A stretch of DNA of 60,581 nucleotides, counting the filler, from Nemertoderma westbladi (Eukaryota > Animalia > Xenacoelomorpha): NCBI GenBank assembly GCA_032718475.1. It is 3 parts of 3 records of this genome, joined end to end, with 100 filler letters (N's around TTAATTAATTAA, not from the genome) between each part and the next. Parts side by side here need not be neighbours in the genome. Positions count along the whole stretch, not along the records: positions 19,313 to 45,754 come from JAUCBJ010002575.1; 2 more parts are not named here. One strand, 5' to 3'. Below are positions 23,801 to 37,641 of the stretch, one piece after another (the stretch's first letter is position 1; the number at the start of each line of letters is the position of its first letter). The notes beneath the pieces were generated by a model. The model worked only from the letters and a program-made list of their open reading frames with translations, was not told the origin of the DNA and ran no database searches. A program made the position numbers and the translations under genes.

Positions 23801-26800
23801 TACCAGTTGTGACTCACCTTATACAATGCGCGGAGTTCCACGGTATAGTTGTCTACCAGTTGTGACTCACCTTATACAATGCGCGGAGTTCCACGGTATA
23901 GTTGTCTACCAGTTGTGACTCACCCTATACAATGCACGGAGTTCCACGGTATAGTTGTCTACCAGTTGTGACTCACCTTATACAATGCGAGGAGTTCCAC
24001 GGTATAGTTGTCTACCAGTTGTGACTCACCTTATACAATGCGAGGAGTTCCACGGTATAGTTGTCTACCAGTTGTGACTCACCTTATACAATGCACGGAG
24101 TTCCACGGTATAGTTGTCTACCAGTTGTGACTCACCTTATACAATGCACGGAGTTCCACGGTATAGTTGTCTACCAGTTGTGACTCACCTTATACAATGC
24201 ACGGAGTTCCACGGTATAGTTGTCTACCAGTTGTGACTCACCTTATACAATGCACGGAGTTCCACGGTATAGTTGTCTACCAGTTGTGACTCACCTTATA
24301 CAATGCGCGGAGTTCCACGGTATAGTTGTCTACCAGTTGTGACTCACCTTATACAATGCGACGGAGTTCCACGGTATAGTTGTCTACCAGTTGTGACTCA
24401 CCTTATACAATGCACGGAGTTCCACGGTATAGTTGTCTACCAGTTGTGACTCACCTTATACAATGCACGGAGTTCCACGGTATAGTTGTCTACCAGTTGT
24501 GACTCACCTTATACAATGCACGGAGTTCCACGGTATAGTTGTCTACCAGTTGTGACTCACCTTATACAATGCACGGAGTTCCACGGTATAGTTGTCTACC
24601 AGTTGTGACTCACCTTATACAATGCACGGAGTTCCACGGTATAGTTGTCTACCAGTTGTGACTCACCTTATACAATGCGCGGAGTTCCACGGTATAGTTG
24701 TCTACCAGTTGTGACTCACCTTATACAATGCACGGAGTTCCACGGTATAGTTGTCTACCAGTTGTGACTCACCTTATACAATGCACGGAGTTCCACGGTA
24801 TAGTTGTCTACCAGTTGTGACTCACCTTATACAATGCACGGAGTTCCACGGTATAGTTGTCTACCAGTTGTGACTCACCTTATACAATGCACGGAGTTCC
24901 ACGGTATAGTTGTCTACCAGTTGTGACTCACCTTATACAATGCACGGAGTTCCACGGTATAGTTGTCTACCAGTTGTGACTCACCTTATACAATGCGCGG
25001 AGTTCCACGGTATAGTTGTCTACCAGTTGTGACTCACCTTATACAATGCACGGAGTTCCACGGTATAGTTGTCTACCAGTTGTGACTCACCTTATACAAT
25101 GCGCGGAGTTCCACGGTATAGTTGTCTACCAGTTGTGACTCACCTTATACAATGCGCGGAGTTCCACGGTATAGTTGTCTACCAGTTGTGACTCACCTTA
25201 TACAATGCACGGAGTTCCACGGTATAGTTGTCTACCAGTTGTGACTCACCTTATACAATGCGCGGAGTTCCACGGTATAGTTGTCTACCAGTTGTGACTC
25301 ACCCTATACAATGCACGGAGTTCCACGGTATAGTTGTCTACCAGTTGTGACTCACCCTATACAATGCGAGGAGTTCCACGGTATAGTTGTCAACCAGTTG
25401 TGACTCACCCTATACAATGCACGGAGTTCCACGGTATAGTTGTCTACCAGTTGTGACTCACCCTATACAATGCGAGGAGTTCCACGGTATAGTTGTCTAC
25501 CAGTTGTGACTCACCTTATACAATGCACGGAGTTCCACGGTATAGTTGTCTACCAGTTGTGACTCACCTTATACAATGCGCGGAGTTCCACGGTATAGTT
25601 GTCTACCAGTTGTGACTCACCTTATACAATGCACGGAGTTCCACGGTATAGTTGTCTACCAGTTGTGACTCACCTTATACAATGCACGGAGTTCCACGGT
25701 ATAGTTGTCTACCAGTTGTGACTCACCTTATACAATGCACGGAGTTCCACGGTATAGTTGTCTACCAGTTGTGACTCACCTTATACAATGCGCGGAGTTC
25801 CACGGTATAGTTGTCTACCAGTTGTGACTCACCCTATACAATGCGACGGAGTTCCACGGTATAGTTGTCTACCAGTTGTGACTCACCTTATACAATGCGC
25901 GGAGTTCCACGGTATAGTTGTCTACCAGTTGTGACTCACCCTATACAATGCACGGAGTTCCACGGTATAGTTGTCTACCAGTTGTGACTCACCTTATACA
26001 ATGCGCGGAGTTCCACGGTATAGTTGTCTACCAGTTGTGACTCACCCTATACAATGCGAGGAGTTCCACGGTATAGTTGTCTACCAGTTGTGACTCACCT
26101 TATACAATGCACGGAGTTCCACGGTATAGTTGTCTACCAGTTGTGACTCACCTTATACAATGCGAGGAGTTCCACGGTATAGTTGTCTACCAGTTGTGAC
26201 TCACCTTATACAATGCGCGGAGTTCCACGGTATAGTTGTCTACCAGTTGTGACTCACCCTATACAATGCACGGAGTTCCACGGTATAGTTGTCTACCAGT
26301 TGTGACTCACCTTATACAATGCACGGAGTTCCACGGTATAGTTGTCTACCAGTTGTGACTCACCTTATACAATGCGAGGAGTTCCACGGTATAGTTGTCT
26401 ACCAGTTGTGACTCACCTTATACAATGCACGGAGTTCCACGGTATAGTTGTCTACCAGTTGTGACTCACCTTATACAATGCACGGAGTTCCACGGTATAG
26501 TTGTCTACCAGTTGTGACTCACCTTATACAATGCACGGAGTTCCACGGTATAGTTGTCTACCAGTTGTGACTCACCTTATACAATGCGAGGAGTTCCACG
26601 GTATAGTTGTCTACCAGTTGTGACTCACCTTATACAATGCACGGAGTTCCACGGTATAGTTGTCTACCAGTTGTGACTCACCTTATACAATGCACGGAGT
26701 TCCACGGTATAGTTGTCTACCAGTTGTGACTCACCTTATACAATGCACGGAGTTCCACGGTATAGTTGTCTACCAGTTGTGACTCACCTTATACAATGCA

Positions 26801-29800
26801 CGGAGTTCCACGGTATAGTTGTCTACCAGTTGTGACTCACCTTATACAATGCACGGAGTTCCACGGTATAGTTGTCTACCAGTTGTGACTCACCTTATAC
26901 AATGCACGGAGTTCCACGGTATAGTTGTCTACCAGTTGTGACTCACCTTATACAATGCACGGAGTTCCACGGTATAGTTGTCTACCAGTTGTGACTCACC
27001 TTATACAATGCACGGAGTTCCACGGTATAGTTGTCTACCAGTTGTGACTCACCTTATACAATGCGAGGAGTTCCACGGTATAGTTGTCTACCAGTTGTGA
27101 CTCACCTTATACAATGCACGGAGTTCCACGGTATAGTTGTCTACCAGTTGTGACTCACCTTATACAATGCACGGAGTTCCACGGTATAGTTGTCTACCAG
27201 TTGTGACTCACCTTATACAATGCACGGAGTTCCACGGTATAGTTGTCTACCAGTTGTGACTCACCTTATACAATGCACGGAGTTCCACGGTATAGTTGTC
27301 TACTAGTTGTGACTCACCTTATACAATGCGAGGAGTTCCACGGTATAGTTGTCTACCAGTTGTGACTCACCCTATACAATGCACGGAGTTCCACGGTATA
27401 GTTGTCTACCAGTTGTGACTCACCTTATACAATGCGAGGAGTTCCACGGTATAGTTGTCTACCAGTTGTGACTCACCTTATACAATGCGCGGAGTTCCAC
27501 GGTATAGTTGTCAACCAGTTGTGACTCACCCTATACAATGCACGGAGTTCCACGGTATAGTTGTCTACCAGTTGTGACTCACCTTATACAATGCGCGGAG
27601 TTCCACGGTATAGTTGTCAACCAGTTGTGACTCACCCTATACAATGCGAGGAGTTCCGCGGTATAGTTGTCAACCAGTTGTGACTCACCTTATACAATGC
27701 ACGGAGTTCCACGGTATAGTTGTCTACCGGTTGTGACTCACCCTATACAATGCGCGGAGTTCCACGGTATAGTTGTCTACCAGTTGTGTCTCACCCTATA
27801 CAATGCGAGGAGTTCCACGGTATAGTTGTCAACCAGTTGTGACTCACCTTATACAATGCACGGAGTTCCACGGTATAGTTGTCTACCAGTTGTGACTCAC
27901 CTTATACAATGCGCGGAGTTCCACGGTATAGTTGTCTACCAGTTGTGACTCATCCTATACAATGCACGGAGTTCCACGGTATAGTTGTCTACCAGTTGTG
28001 ACTCACCCTATACAATGCGAGGAGTTCCACGGTATAGTTGTCTACCAGTTGTGACTCACCCTATACAATGCGAGGAGTTCCACGGTATAGTTGTCTACCA
28101 GTTGTGACTCACCTTATACAATGCGCGGAGTTCCACGGTATAGTTGTCTACCAGTTGTGACTCACCTTATACAATGCGCGGAGTTCCTCGGTATAGTTGT
28201 CTACCAGTTGTGACTCACCTTATACAATGCGCGGAGTTCCTCGGTATAGTTGTCTACCAGTTGTGACTCACCTTATACAATGCGCGGAGTTCCACGGTAT
28301 AGTTGTCTACCAGTTGTGACTCACCCTATACAATGCGAGGAGTTCCACGGTATAGTTGTCTACCAGTTGTGACTCACCCTATACAATGCGAGGAGTTCCA
28401 CGGTATAGTTGTCTACCAGTTGTGACTCACCTTATACAATGCGCGGAGTTCCACGGTATAGTTGTCTACCAGTTGTGACTCACCTTATACAATGCGCGGA
28501 GTTCCTCGGTATAGTTGTCTACCAGTTGTGACTCACCTTATACAATGCGCGGAGTTCCTCGGTATAGTTGTCTACCAGTTGTGACTCACCTTATACAATG
28601 CGCGGAGTTCCACGGTATAGTTGTCTACCAGTTGTGACTCACCTTATACAATGCGCGGAGTTCCTCGGTATAGTTGTCTACCAGTTGTGACTCACCTTAT
28701 ACAATGCGCGGAGTTCCTCGGTATAGTTGTCTACCAGTTGTGACTCACCTTATACAATGCGCGGAGTTCCACGGTATAGTTGTCTACCAGTTGTGACTCA
28801 CCTTATACAATGCACGGAGTTCCACGGTATAGTTGTCTACTAGTTGTGACTCACCTTATACAATGCGCGGAGTTCCACGGTATAGTTGTCTACCAGTTGT
28901 GACTCACCTTATACAATGCGCGGAGTTCCACGGTATAGTTGTCTACCAGTTGTGACTCACCCTATACAATGCACGGAGTTCCACGGTATAGTTGTCTACC
29001 AGTTGTGACTCACCTTATACAATGCGCGGAGTTCCTCGGTATAGTTGTCTACCAGTTGTGACTCACCTTATACAATGCGCGGAGTTCCACGGTATAGTTG
29101 TCTACCAGTTGTGACTCACCCTATACAATGCGCGGAGTTCCACGGTATAGTTGTCTACCAGTTGTGACTCACCCTATACAATGCACGGAGTTCCACGGTA
29201 TAGTTGTCTACCAGTTGTGACTCACCTTATACAATGCGCGGAGTTCCTCGGTATAGTTGTCTACCAGTTGTGACTCACCTTATACAATGCGCGGAGTTCC
29301 ACGGTATAGTTGTCTACCAGTTGTGACTCACCTTATACAATGCGCGGAGTTCCACGGTATAGTTGTCTACCAGTTGTGACTCACCCTATACAATGCACGG
29401 AGTTCCACGGTATAGTTGTCTACCAGTTGTGACTCACCTTATACAATGCGCGGAGTTCCTCGGTATAGTTGTCTACCAGTTGTGACTCACCTTATACAAT
29501 GCGCGGAGTTCCACGGTATAGTTGTCTACCAGTTGTGACTCACCTTATACAATGCGCGGAGTTCCTCGGTATAGTTGTCTACCAGTTGTGACTCACCTTA
29601 TACAATGCGCGGAGTTCCTCGGTATAGTTGTCTACCAGTTGTGACTCACCTTATACAATGCGCGGAGTTCCACGGTATAGTTGTCTACCAGTTGTGACTC
29701 ACCTTATACAATGCACGGAGTTCCACGGTATAGTTGTCTACTAGTTGTGACTCACCTTATACAATGCGCGGAGTTCCACGGTATAGTTGTCTACCAGTTG

Positions 29801-32800
29801 TGACTCACCTTATACAATGCGCGGAGTTCCACGGTATAGTTGTCTACCAGTTGTGACTCACCCTATACAATGCGAGGAGTTCCGCGGTATAGTTGTCTAC
29901 CAGTTGTGACTCACCTTATACAATGCGCGGAGTTCCTCGGTATAGTTGTCTACCAGTTGTGACTCACCTTATACAATGCGCGGAGTTCCTCGGTATAGTT
30001 GTCTACCAGTTGTGACTCACCTTATACAATGCGCGGAGTTCCTCGGTATAGTTGTCTACCAGTTGTGACTCACCTTATACAATGCGCGGAGTTCCACGGT
30101 ATAGTTGTCTACCAGTTGTGACTCACCTTATACAATGCACGGAGTTCCACGGTATAGTTGTCTACTAGTTGTGACTCACCTTATACAATGCGCGGAGTTC
30201 CTCGGTATAGTTGTCTACCAGTTGTGACTCACCTTATACAATGCGCGGAGTTCCACGGTATAGTTGTCTACCAGTTGTGACTCACCTTATACAATGCGCG
30301 GAGTTCCTCGGTATAGTTGTCTACCAGTTGTGACTCACCTTATACAATGCGCGGAGTTCCTCGGTATAGTTGTCTACCAGTTGTGACTCACCTTATACAA
30401 TGCGCGGAGTTCCACGGTATAGTTGTCTACCAGTTGTGACTCACCTTATACAATGCACGGAGTTCCACGGTATAGTTGTCTACTAGTTGTGACTCACCTT
30501 ATACAATGCGCGGAGTTCCACGGTATAGTTGTCTACCAGTTGTGACTCACCTTATACAATGCGCGGAGTTCCACGGTATAGTTGTCTACCAGTTGTGACT
30601 CACCCTATACAATGCACGGAGTTCCTCGGTATAGTTGTCTACCAGTTGTGACTCACCTTATACAATGCGCGGAGTTCCACGGTATAGTTGTCTACCAGTT
30701 GTGACTCACCTTATACAATGCGCGGAGTTCCACGGTATAGTTGTCTACCAGTTGTGACTCACCCTATACAATGCACGGAGTTCCACGGTATAGTTGTCTA
30801 CCAGTTGTGACTCACCTTATACAATGCGCGGAGTTCCTCGGTATAGTTGTCTACCAGTTGTGACTCACCTTATACAATGCGCGGAGTTCCACGGTATAGT
30901 TGTCTACCAGTTGTGACTCACCTTATACAATGCACGGAGTTCCACGGTATAGTTGTCTACTAGTTGTGACTCACCTTATACAATGCGCGGAGTTCCACGG
31001 TATAGTTGTCTACCAGTTGTGACTCACCTTATACAATGCGCGGAGTTCCACGGTATAGTTGTCTACCAGTTGTGACTCACCTTATACAATGCGCGGACTT
31101 CCACGGTATAGTTGTCTACCAGTTGTGACTCACCTTATACAATGCGCGGAGTTCCACGGTATAGTTGTCTACCAGTTGTGACTCACCCTATACAATGCAC
31201 GGAGTTCCACGGTATAGTTGTCTACCAGTTGTGACTCACCTTATACAATGCGCGGAGTTCCACGGTATAGTTGTCTACCAGTTGTGACTCACCCTATACA
31301 ATGCGCGGAGTTCCACGGTATAGTTGTCTACCAGTTGTGACTCACCCTATACAATGCACGGAGTTCCACGGTATAGTTGTCTACCAGTTGTGACTCACCT
31401 TATACAATGCGCGGAGTTCCTCGGTATAGTTGTCTACCAGTTGTGACTCACCTTATACAATGCGCGGAGTTCCACGGTATAGTTGTCTACCAGTTGTGAC
31501 TCACCCTATACAATGCACGGAGTTCCACGGTATAGTTGTCTACCAGTTGTGACTCACCCTATACAATGCACGGAGTTCCACGGTATAGTTGTCTACCAGT
31601 TGTGACTCACCTTATACAATGCGCGGAGTTCCTCGGTATAGTTGTCTACCAGTTGTGACTCACCCTATACAATGCGCGGAGTTCCACGGTATAGTTGTCT
31701 ACCAGTTGTGACTCACCTTATACAATGCGCGGAGTTCCACGGTATAGTTGTCTACCAGTTGTGACTCACCCTATACAATGCGCGGAGTTCCACGGTATAG
31801 TTGTCTACCAGTTGTGACTCACCCTATACAATGCACGGAGTTCCACGGTATAGTTGTCTACCAGTTGTGACTCACCTTATACAATGCGCGGAGTTCCACG
31901 GTATAGTTGTCTACCAGTTGTGACTCACCCTATACAATGCGCGGAGTTCCACGGTATAGTTGTCTACCAGTTGTGACTCACCCTATACAATGCACGGAGT
32001 TCCACGGTATAGTTGTCTACCAGTTGTGACTCACCCTATACAATGCGCGGAGTTCCACGGTATAGTTGTCTACCAGTTGTGACTCACCCTATACAATGCA
32101 CGGAGTTCCACGGTATAGTTGTCTACCAGTTGTGACTCACCCTATACAATGCACGGAGTTCCACGGTATAGTTGTCTACCAGTTGTGACTCACCCTATAC
32201 AATGCACGGAGTTCCACGGTATAGTTGTCTACCAGTTGTGACTCACCTTATACAATGCGCGGAGTTCCTCGGTATAGTTGTCTACCAGTTGTGACTCACC
32301 CTATACAATGCGCGGAGTTCCACGGTATAGTTGTCTACCAGTTGTGACTCACCCTATACAATGCGCGGAGTTCCACGGTATAGTTGTCTACCAGTTGTGA
32401 CTCACCCTATACAATGCACGGAGTTCCACGGTATAGTTGTCTACCAGTTGTGACTCACCCTATACAATGCACGGAGTTCCACGGTATAGTTGTCTACCAG
32501 TTGTGACTCACCCTATACAATGCACGGAGTTCCACGGTATAGTTGTCTACCAGTTGTGACTCACCCTATACAATGCACGGAGTTCCACGGTCTAGTTGTC
32601 TACCAGTTGTGACTCACCCTATACAATGCACGGAGTTCCACGGTATAGTTGTCTACCAGTTGTGACTCACCTTATACAATGCGCGGAGTTCCTCGGTATA
32701 GTTGTCTACCAGTTGTGTCTCACCTTATACAATGCGCGGAGTTCCACGGTATAGTTGTCAACCAGTTGTGACTCACCCTATACAATGCGAGGAGTTCCGC

Positions 32801-33246
32801 GGTATAGTTGTCTACCAGTTGTGACTCACCTTATACAATGCACGGAGTTCCACTGTATAGTTGTCTACCAGTTGTGACTCACCTTATACAATGCGCGGAG
32901 TTCCACGGTATAGTTGTCTACCAGTTGTGACTCACCTTATACAATGCGCGGAGTTCCACGGTATAGTTGTCTACCAGTTGTGACTCACCCTATACAATGC
33001 ACGGAGTTCCACGGTATAGTTGTCTACCAGTTGTGACTCACCTTATACAATGCGCGGAGTTCCTCGGTATAGTTGTCTACCAGTTGTGACTCACCTTATA
33101 CAATGCGCGGAGTTCCACGGTATAGTTGTCTACCAGTTGTGACTCACCCTATACAATGCACGGAGTTCCACGGTATAGTTGTCTACCAGTTGTGACTCAC
33201 CTTATACAATGCGCGGAGTTCCACGGTATAGTTGTCTACCAGTTGT
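20896..33246 (-). repeat. 53-bp satellite, 233 copies, made of the exon-3 3' end plus its 5' splice site
   Basis: Minus-strand unit ACAACTGGTAGACAACTATACCGTGGAACTCCGCGCATTGTATAAG|GTGAGTC; 12351 bp = 233 x 53 plus two 1-nt insertions; the first copy is the end of exon 33349-33201. Confidence 0.97.
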
Positions 33247-33349
33247 TGGTAATATTCTTGAGATGCGATATCCATTCGCTCAGCTTCCTTTATGTTGACC
33301 TTGAGAGTGTCCATTATGTGAATAAGATCTTTGTATTTGGAAATGAGAA
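33201..33349 (-). CDS. Uncharacterised 328-aa protein, coding exon 3 (helical/coiled-coil-like)
   Basis: TTTTGCAG acceptor, phase 1; VLISKYKDLIHIMDTLKVNIKEAERMDIASQEYYQQLVDNYTVELRALYK; donor AAG|GTGAGT, phase 0, matching exon 4. Confidence 0.8.
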
Positions 33350-33798
33350 CTGCAAAACATGGGCGACTGATTCTTAATTCTTACAATATATATGGTTATA
33401 ACATGGATTGGAATACAACAGGTTGGTTTGTCCCAGCGAGGAAGTATTATACCGCTGCCTGAGATTTCTTAATCTCAATACAATAGTACGGTGCAGATTC
33501 AATATAAAATAATATAAGAAAGAAAGATAGGAAATAAAAATATAATAAAGGTAAAATACAATTCAATATTGAAATTGAAATAAATTGTTATAGTGTTCAT
33601 CCTTGGGAATTAGTTACAGACAACAGCCAAGATAGAGGAGCCTTTAATCTATAATCAAAATATATCAATATGTATACGATTTAATTAGAAACAACGTAAT
33701 CAATTCATTGTATAAAATATAGAAACTGATATAATTTAGACGCACTAAGCCCATCCAAATGACATACAAGCTGGAATATTTCATTGGCCATAAAACTA

Positions 33799-34464
33799 TT
33801 TTATCCCAAAATTGTAACAGTTATTTAGTTAGCACTTTACAACTTTAGAGGACATTACAGTATTGTATTGGCCTGTACATTACAGTATTGTATTGGCCTG
33901 TACATTACAGTATTGGCCTGTACATTACAGTGTTGTATTCCCCTGTACATTACAGCATTGTATTGGCCTGTGCATTACAGTATTGTATTGGCCTGTTCAA
34001 TTACTATTGTATTGGTGTATTATTATTTATGTAATGTCCCGACGGCGTGACTGTAACGTCACGCCGCGCCGTCATGGTTACCACATAAACAATAGCTCAA
34101 TAGCTGGTAATTTATTATTAATTGCCTGACAGCCAGATAGGCCTACTGTATTACCTACCACCGGTAGCTATTAATAACCAGTAGCTATACTATTAACATG
34201 GCTCCAAACGCAACCATAAATTATGTTATTTGTACAACAGCAACTAATTTAATTTGTGCAGTTTCTATCACTTATAATATATATACAATCATTTCGTAAT
34301 GTTACAATTTTGGAATAAAACTACATACATACTTGTTGCAAAGTACATTACAGTGTTCTGCTCCTCGTGGCTTTATTTTCACTAACACACTCACTAACGT
34401 TCGTTCGTGTAACAAAGCCACTCGGATCATCACACTGCAAAGTGCTACTTTACACACTAGTATG
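33799..34464. mobile_element. Composite repeat: TIR element with an internal 25-bp tandem array, followed by a small palindromic MITE
   Basis: TTTTATCCCAAAATTGTAAC / GTTACAATTTTGGAATAAAA ends; ACATTACAGTATTGTATTGGCCTGT units at about 33852-33995; the same arrangement recurs, deleted and interrupted, at 36091-36225 plus 37769-37898. Confidence 0.65.
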
Positions 34465-34611
34465 CCAGTTGGTTATGGATATGCTTTTATAATGCTTTGA
34501 TTCGGGGAAACCCGGATGGCGGATATCTCTCCATATGACTTAAAATTAATCGACGCCTACAATTTAGTCAGTAGCAATAAAAAATAAATTAAATATAAAT
34601 TATTAAATTAC

Positions 34612-34783
34612 CTTTAGTTTCATGTTCAAATTCTATGCGAAAGAAGTGGCGTTTATAATTATTAGTAGTTTCCCAATACGCTCGATCCGAGGAAATCTGG
34701 TCCAAGGCGCAAGCGAGATCGCGCAGGACAGCGAGGAGTTTTGGATCGTTTGGGTAGCGGTCGTCTTGGATCAGGGATTCTAT
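34612..34783 (-). CDS. Uncharacterised 328-aa protein, coding exon 2
   Basis: TTTGCTGCAG acceptor, phase 0; IESLIQDDRY..EHETK; donor AAG|GTAATT, phase 1. Confidence 0.78.
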
Positions 34784-35026
34784 CTGCAGCAAATTAATGC
34801 ATTGTCGTGAAATATATCGGTAAAAAAAACCTCCCCTGGGGGAAACTACGAATTAGTATTTGATTCACAGTAAATTGTGCGTACTGCTACTAGCTAGCTC
34901 GTCTACGTAATGTTAAATATTACATTTACTTATTGTTTGAAAGCAGGAAACTCCAGACTTAGTTAGTAAGGATTAGGTAGACTTAATAAGTCGGACTAAG
35001 TCACTGTGTGGGTATTATTAACTTAC

Positions 35027-35152
35027 CTTTTGCTTGGCCGCGGAGGCTTTAAAGTGAAAGTAATTCTCAGGCAGCGCATGGTCCACCAGGCTGTTACTGT
35101 TATTGCTGTGGGATATACCAACTGTCTGCACAACTCTCTCGTTAGCTGTCAT
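35027..35152 (-). CDS. Uncharacterised 328-aa protein, coding exon 1
   Basis: ATG at 35152; MTANERVVQ..AAKQK; donor AAG|GTAAGT, phase 0; the five exons sum to 987 nt with consistent phases. Confidence 0.72.
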
Positions 35153-35279
35153 AGTGAGGCTGGGGTTCTTTAGTATAATTTGTGATTGTAATTAATCGCA
35201 ACGTTTCCAATATATCTAATTGTTTATACTAAATTATTAAGTACGAATTAAGAATAACTATTTCTTTTATATTAACATT

Positions 35280-35402
35280 TTTGTCCGACTTTATAATCCG
35301 CATTTTCGACGAATAGGTAAAGTTTATTTCCTTTCGAGGCCGAAGGCAGAGGAAAAAAATATTTTACTATTTCGAGGAAATGCGGATTATAAAGAGGACG
35401 AA
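35280..35402. mobile_element. Palindromic MITE-like repeat
   Basis: CTTTATAATCCGCATTT / AAATGCGGATTATAAAG arms around GAGGCCGAAGGCAGAG. Confidence 0.6.
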
Positions 35403-36894
35403 ATATACTTTCCTTTTTTTACAAGATTTTGTTTTCTTTAAAATATTCACTTTTAAATTAATTATAAGTTTAACGTAACAAAGTTATCGCACATTTGAGG
35501 TAAATTATCCACCATTGTGTAATTAAATAATACAAGCTACTATATACTAGCTATTCTTTGTGAGTGAAGGTGATATTCCAGAACGTTAATCAAATAATCA
35601 AACCAAAAATTTGATTAAACTAGCTACTGGAACAGAAGATCCTACAACTAAACATTTTAATGCTAAATTTATTAATAATTAACAACGCAATTAATGATCT
35701 GTAATAAATAATGCGAAATCAACAGAATAAACTTCTAGATCATTGATTGGATAAAATATTTTATTAATCTAATTTTTGGAAGATTGATTGGATAATAACT
35801 TTATTGTCCGCAAATGTGTACATTAAAGTCTTTATTGTCCGCACTTTTGCGGACAATAAAGGGGATGTTTTAAAAGAAAATTATTTCCTATTTGTAATGG
35901 TTCAATGCGTTATGAGATAAATAGATGCGCAGCTCAAAACAATCTATACCGGTTAAAATTTTTCATTTCTATGGTAACAGAATAGCATAAGTACCAGTAT
36001 TTAGAGATTCAAATAGAACACATAATTTTGTATAATTAACGCATTTTTATTGGTCACTAAAGCAATTGTTTTTTCCACTAAATTAAATGGTTTTTATTCC
36101 AAAATTGTAACATTACTCAACGCCGTTAGTATTAACAGCGAGTTGTAATTTAGCACTTTACAACTTTAGAGGACATTACAGCATTGTTCGTAATGTTAAA
36201 ATTTTGGAATAAAACTACATACATACACCATGTCCCGTAATACAGTTGTCATTTTCTGATGACACGGACCCCCCCCCCCCCCAGATTTTTCTTCAAATCT
36301 GTATCATATTGCTTGAAATTTGAAATACCACTAGTTCCACTCACCGTTGATGACCCCATGAAGCCGGAATTGTCGATTTTGCCTTTAAATTCTTTTTATA
36401 AGCGTTTTAAAATGTAACAATATCTGAATTTCATTGAGAAACAGCTGAGATATTGGCGTTCAAAGATTGCAAGTTCGCTGCAGGCCATTTATTATATTTA
36501 ATAAATACACAAAATTCTAGAACGTATTATTTATTTTATGAGTTGGTTGGCAACGGCGGTAATCCTATCCAATATTATCTATTGCGTAGCTATTCATACT
36601 TAAACAAATTGTTCCAGAACATCGTGTATTTATTAAATAGAATAAATGGCCTTCAGCGGACAATACTTCTTGCAATCTTTCAACGACTATATCTCAGTTG
36701 TTTCTCAACAAAATTCATATATTGTTATATATTTCGAATCCTTGCAAGGCAAGCTTTTTAATGATATGAAAAAAATTACGGCTAATGTCAAGAATGGCCA
36801 CGATACGGAGGGTGCGATTTCGCAAAAGACACTTTTTAAAAACGCGTATAAAAATAATTTAAAGGTAAAATCGAAAATTCCGGCTTCATGGTAA

Positions 36895-37641
36895 GGCCCC
36901 CCTCAAACGGAGAAACTTGTTTCTGCAACTTGTTTCTGAAACTTGTTGCTGGGCCCCCTCACACACAGAAACTTGTTGCTGCAACTTGTTTCCGAAACTT
37001 GTTTCTGTGTGTGAGGACTCCAGCAACAAGTTTCTGCAACTTGTTTCCACAACTTATTTCTGTGTGTGAGGGAGTCCAGCAACAAATTGCTGGAAGTTAT
37101 ATACCCAGCAACTTTTTGAAAAACTTTTATTACATTCCATTTTGATACTAGCACATATTAGATAATTTGAGTGATGTGATCTATACCTATAAAAATCAAA
37201 TTCTCTCTCTCTCTCTCTGTTCGAACTCCTCCAAAACGGGCAGAGGGATTGCGCTGGAACTTGGCATGTGTGTATAACTTTAACCAGCGGTCGTTATAGG
37301 CCACTTTTCGAAAAGTTTAATTCACGTTCGGTACCGGTACTAAGTACCGGTACGTCAGTAGGCCTATACCGGTACCAGTACGCCAGTAGGCCTATGCCGG
37401 TAGCAGGAAATACCGGGTAACATGCCTCGGGTATTGTCTGCTAGTATTATATATAAATGACTGGACATATTAGCTATTTATTTGGAAATAATTGTTATTT
37501 TCTTCAGCAACAAGTTTCGGTGTGTGAGGGGGTCCAGCAACAAGTTTCGGAAACAAGTTGCTGAAACAAGTTGCAGCAACAAGTTTATGTGTGTGAGGGG
37601 GGTCCAGCAACAAGTTTCAGTTGCCCCGTGTGAGGGGGGCC
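36895..37641. mobile_element. PIF/Harbinger-type MITE with TAA duplication
   Basis: TIR GGCCCCCCTCA(A/C)ACGG; TAA at 36892-36894 and 37642-37644; mirrored AACTTGTT / AACAAGTT sub-repeats; interrupts the right TIR of the outer element. Confidence 0.85.
37180..37444 (+). mobile_element. Non-autonomous Helitron
   Basis: Inserted between A and T; starts TCTATAC, ends CTAG; sub-terminal hairpin ATACCGGG..CTCGGGTAT; (CT)n near the 5' end. Confidence 0.75.

Noticed and set aside
20896-33246. CRISPR array
   Set aside because: Head-to-tail units with no unique spacers, no cas genes, eukaryotic context
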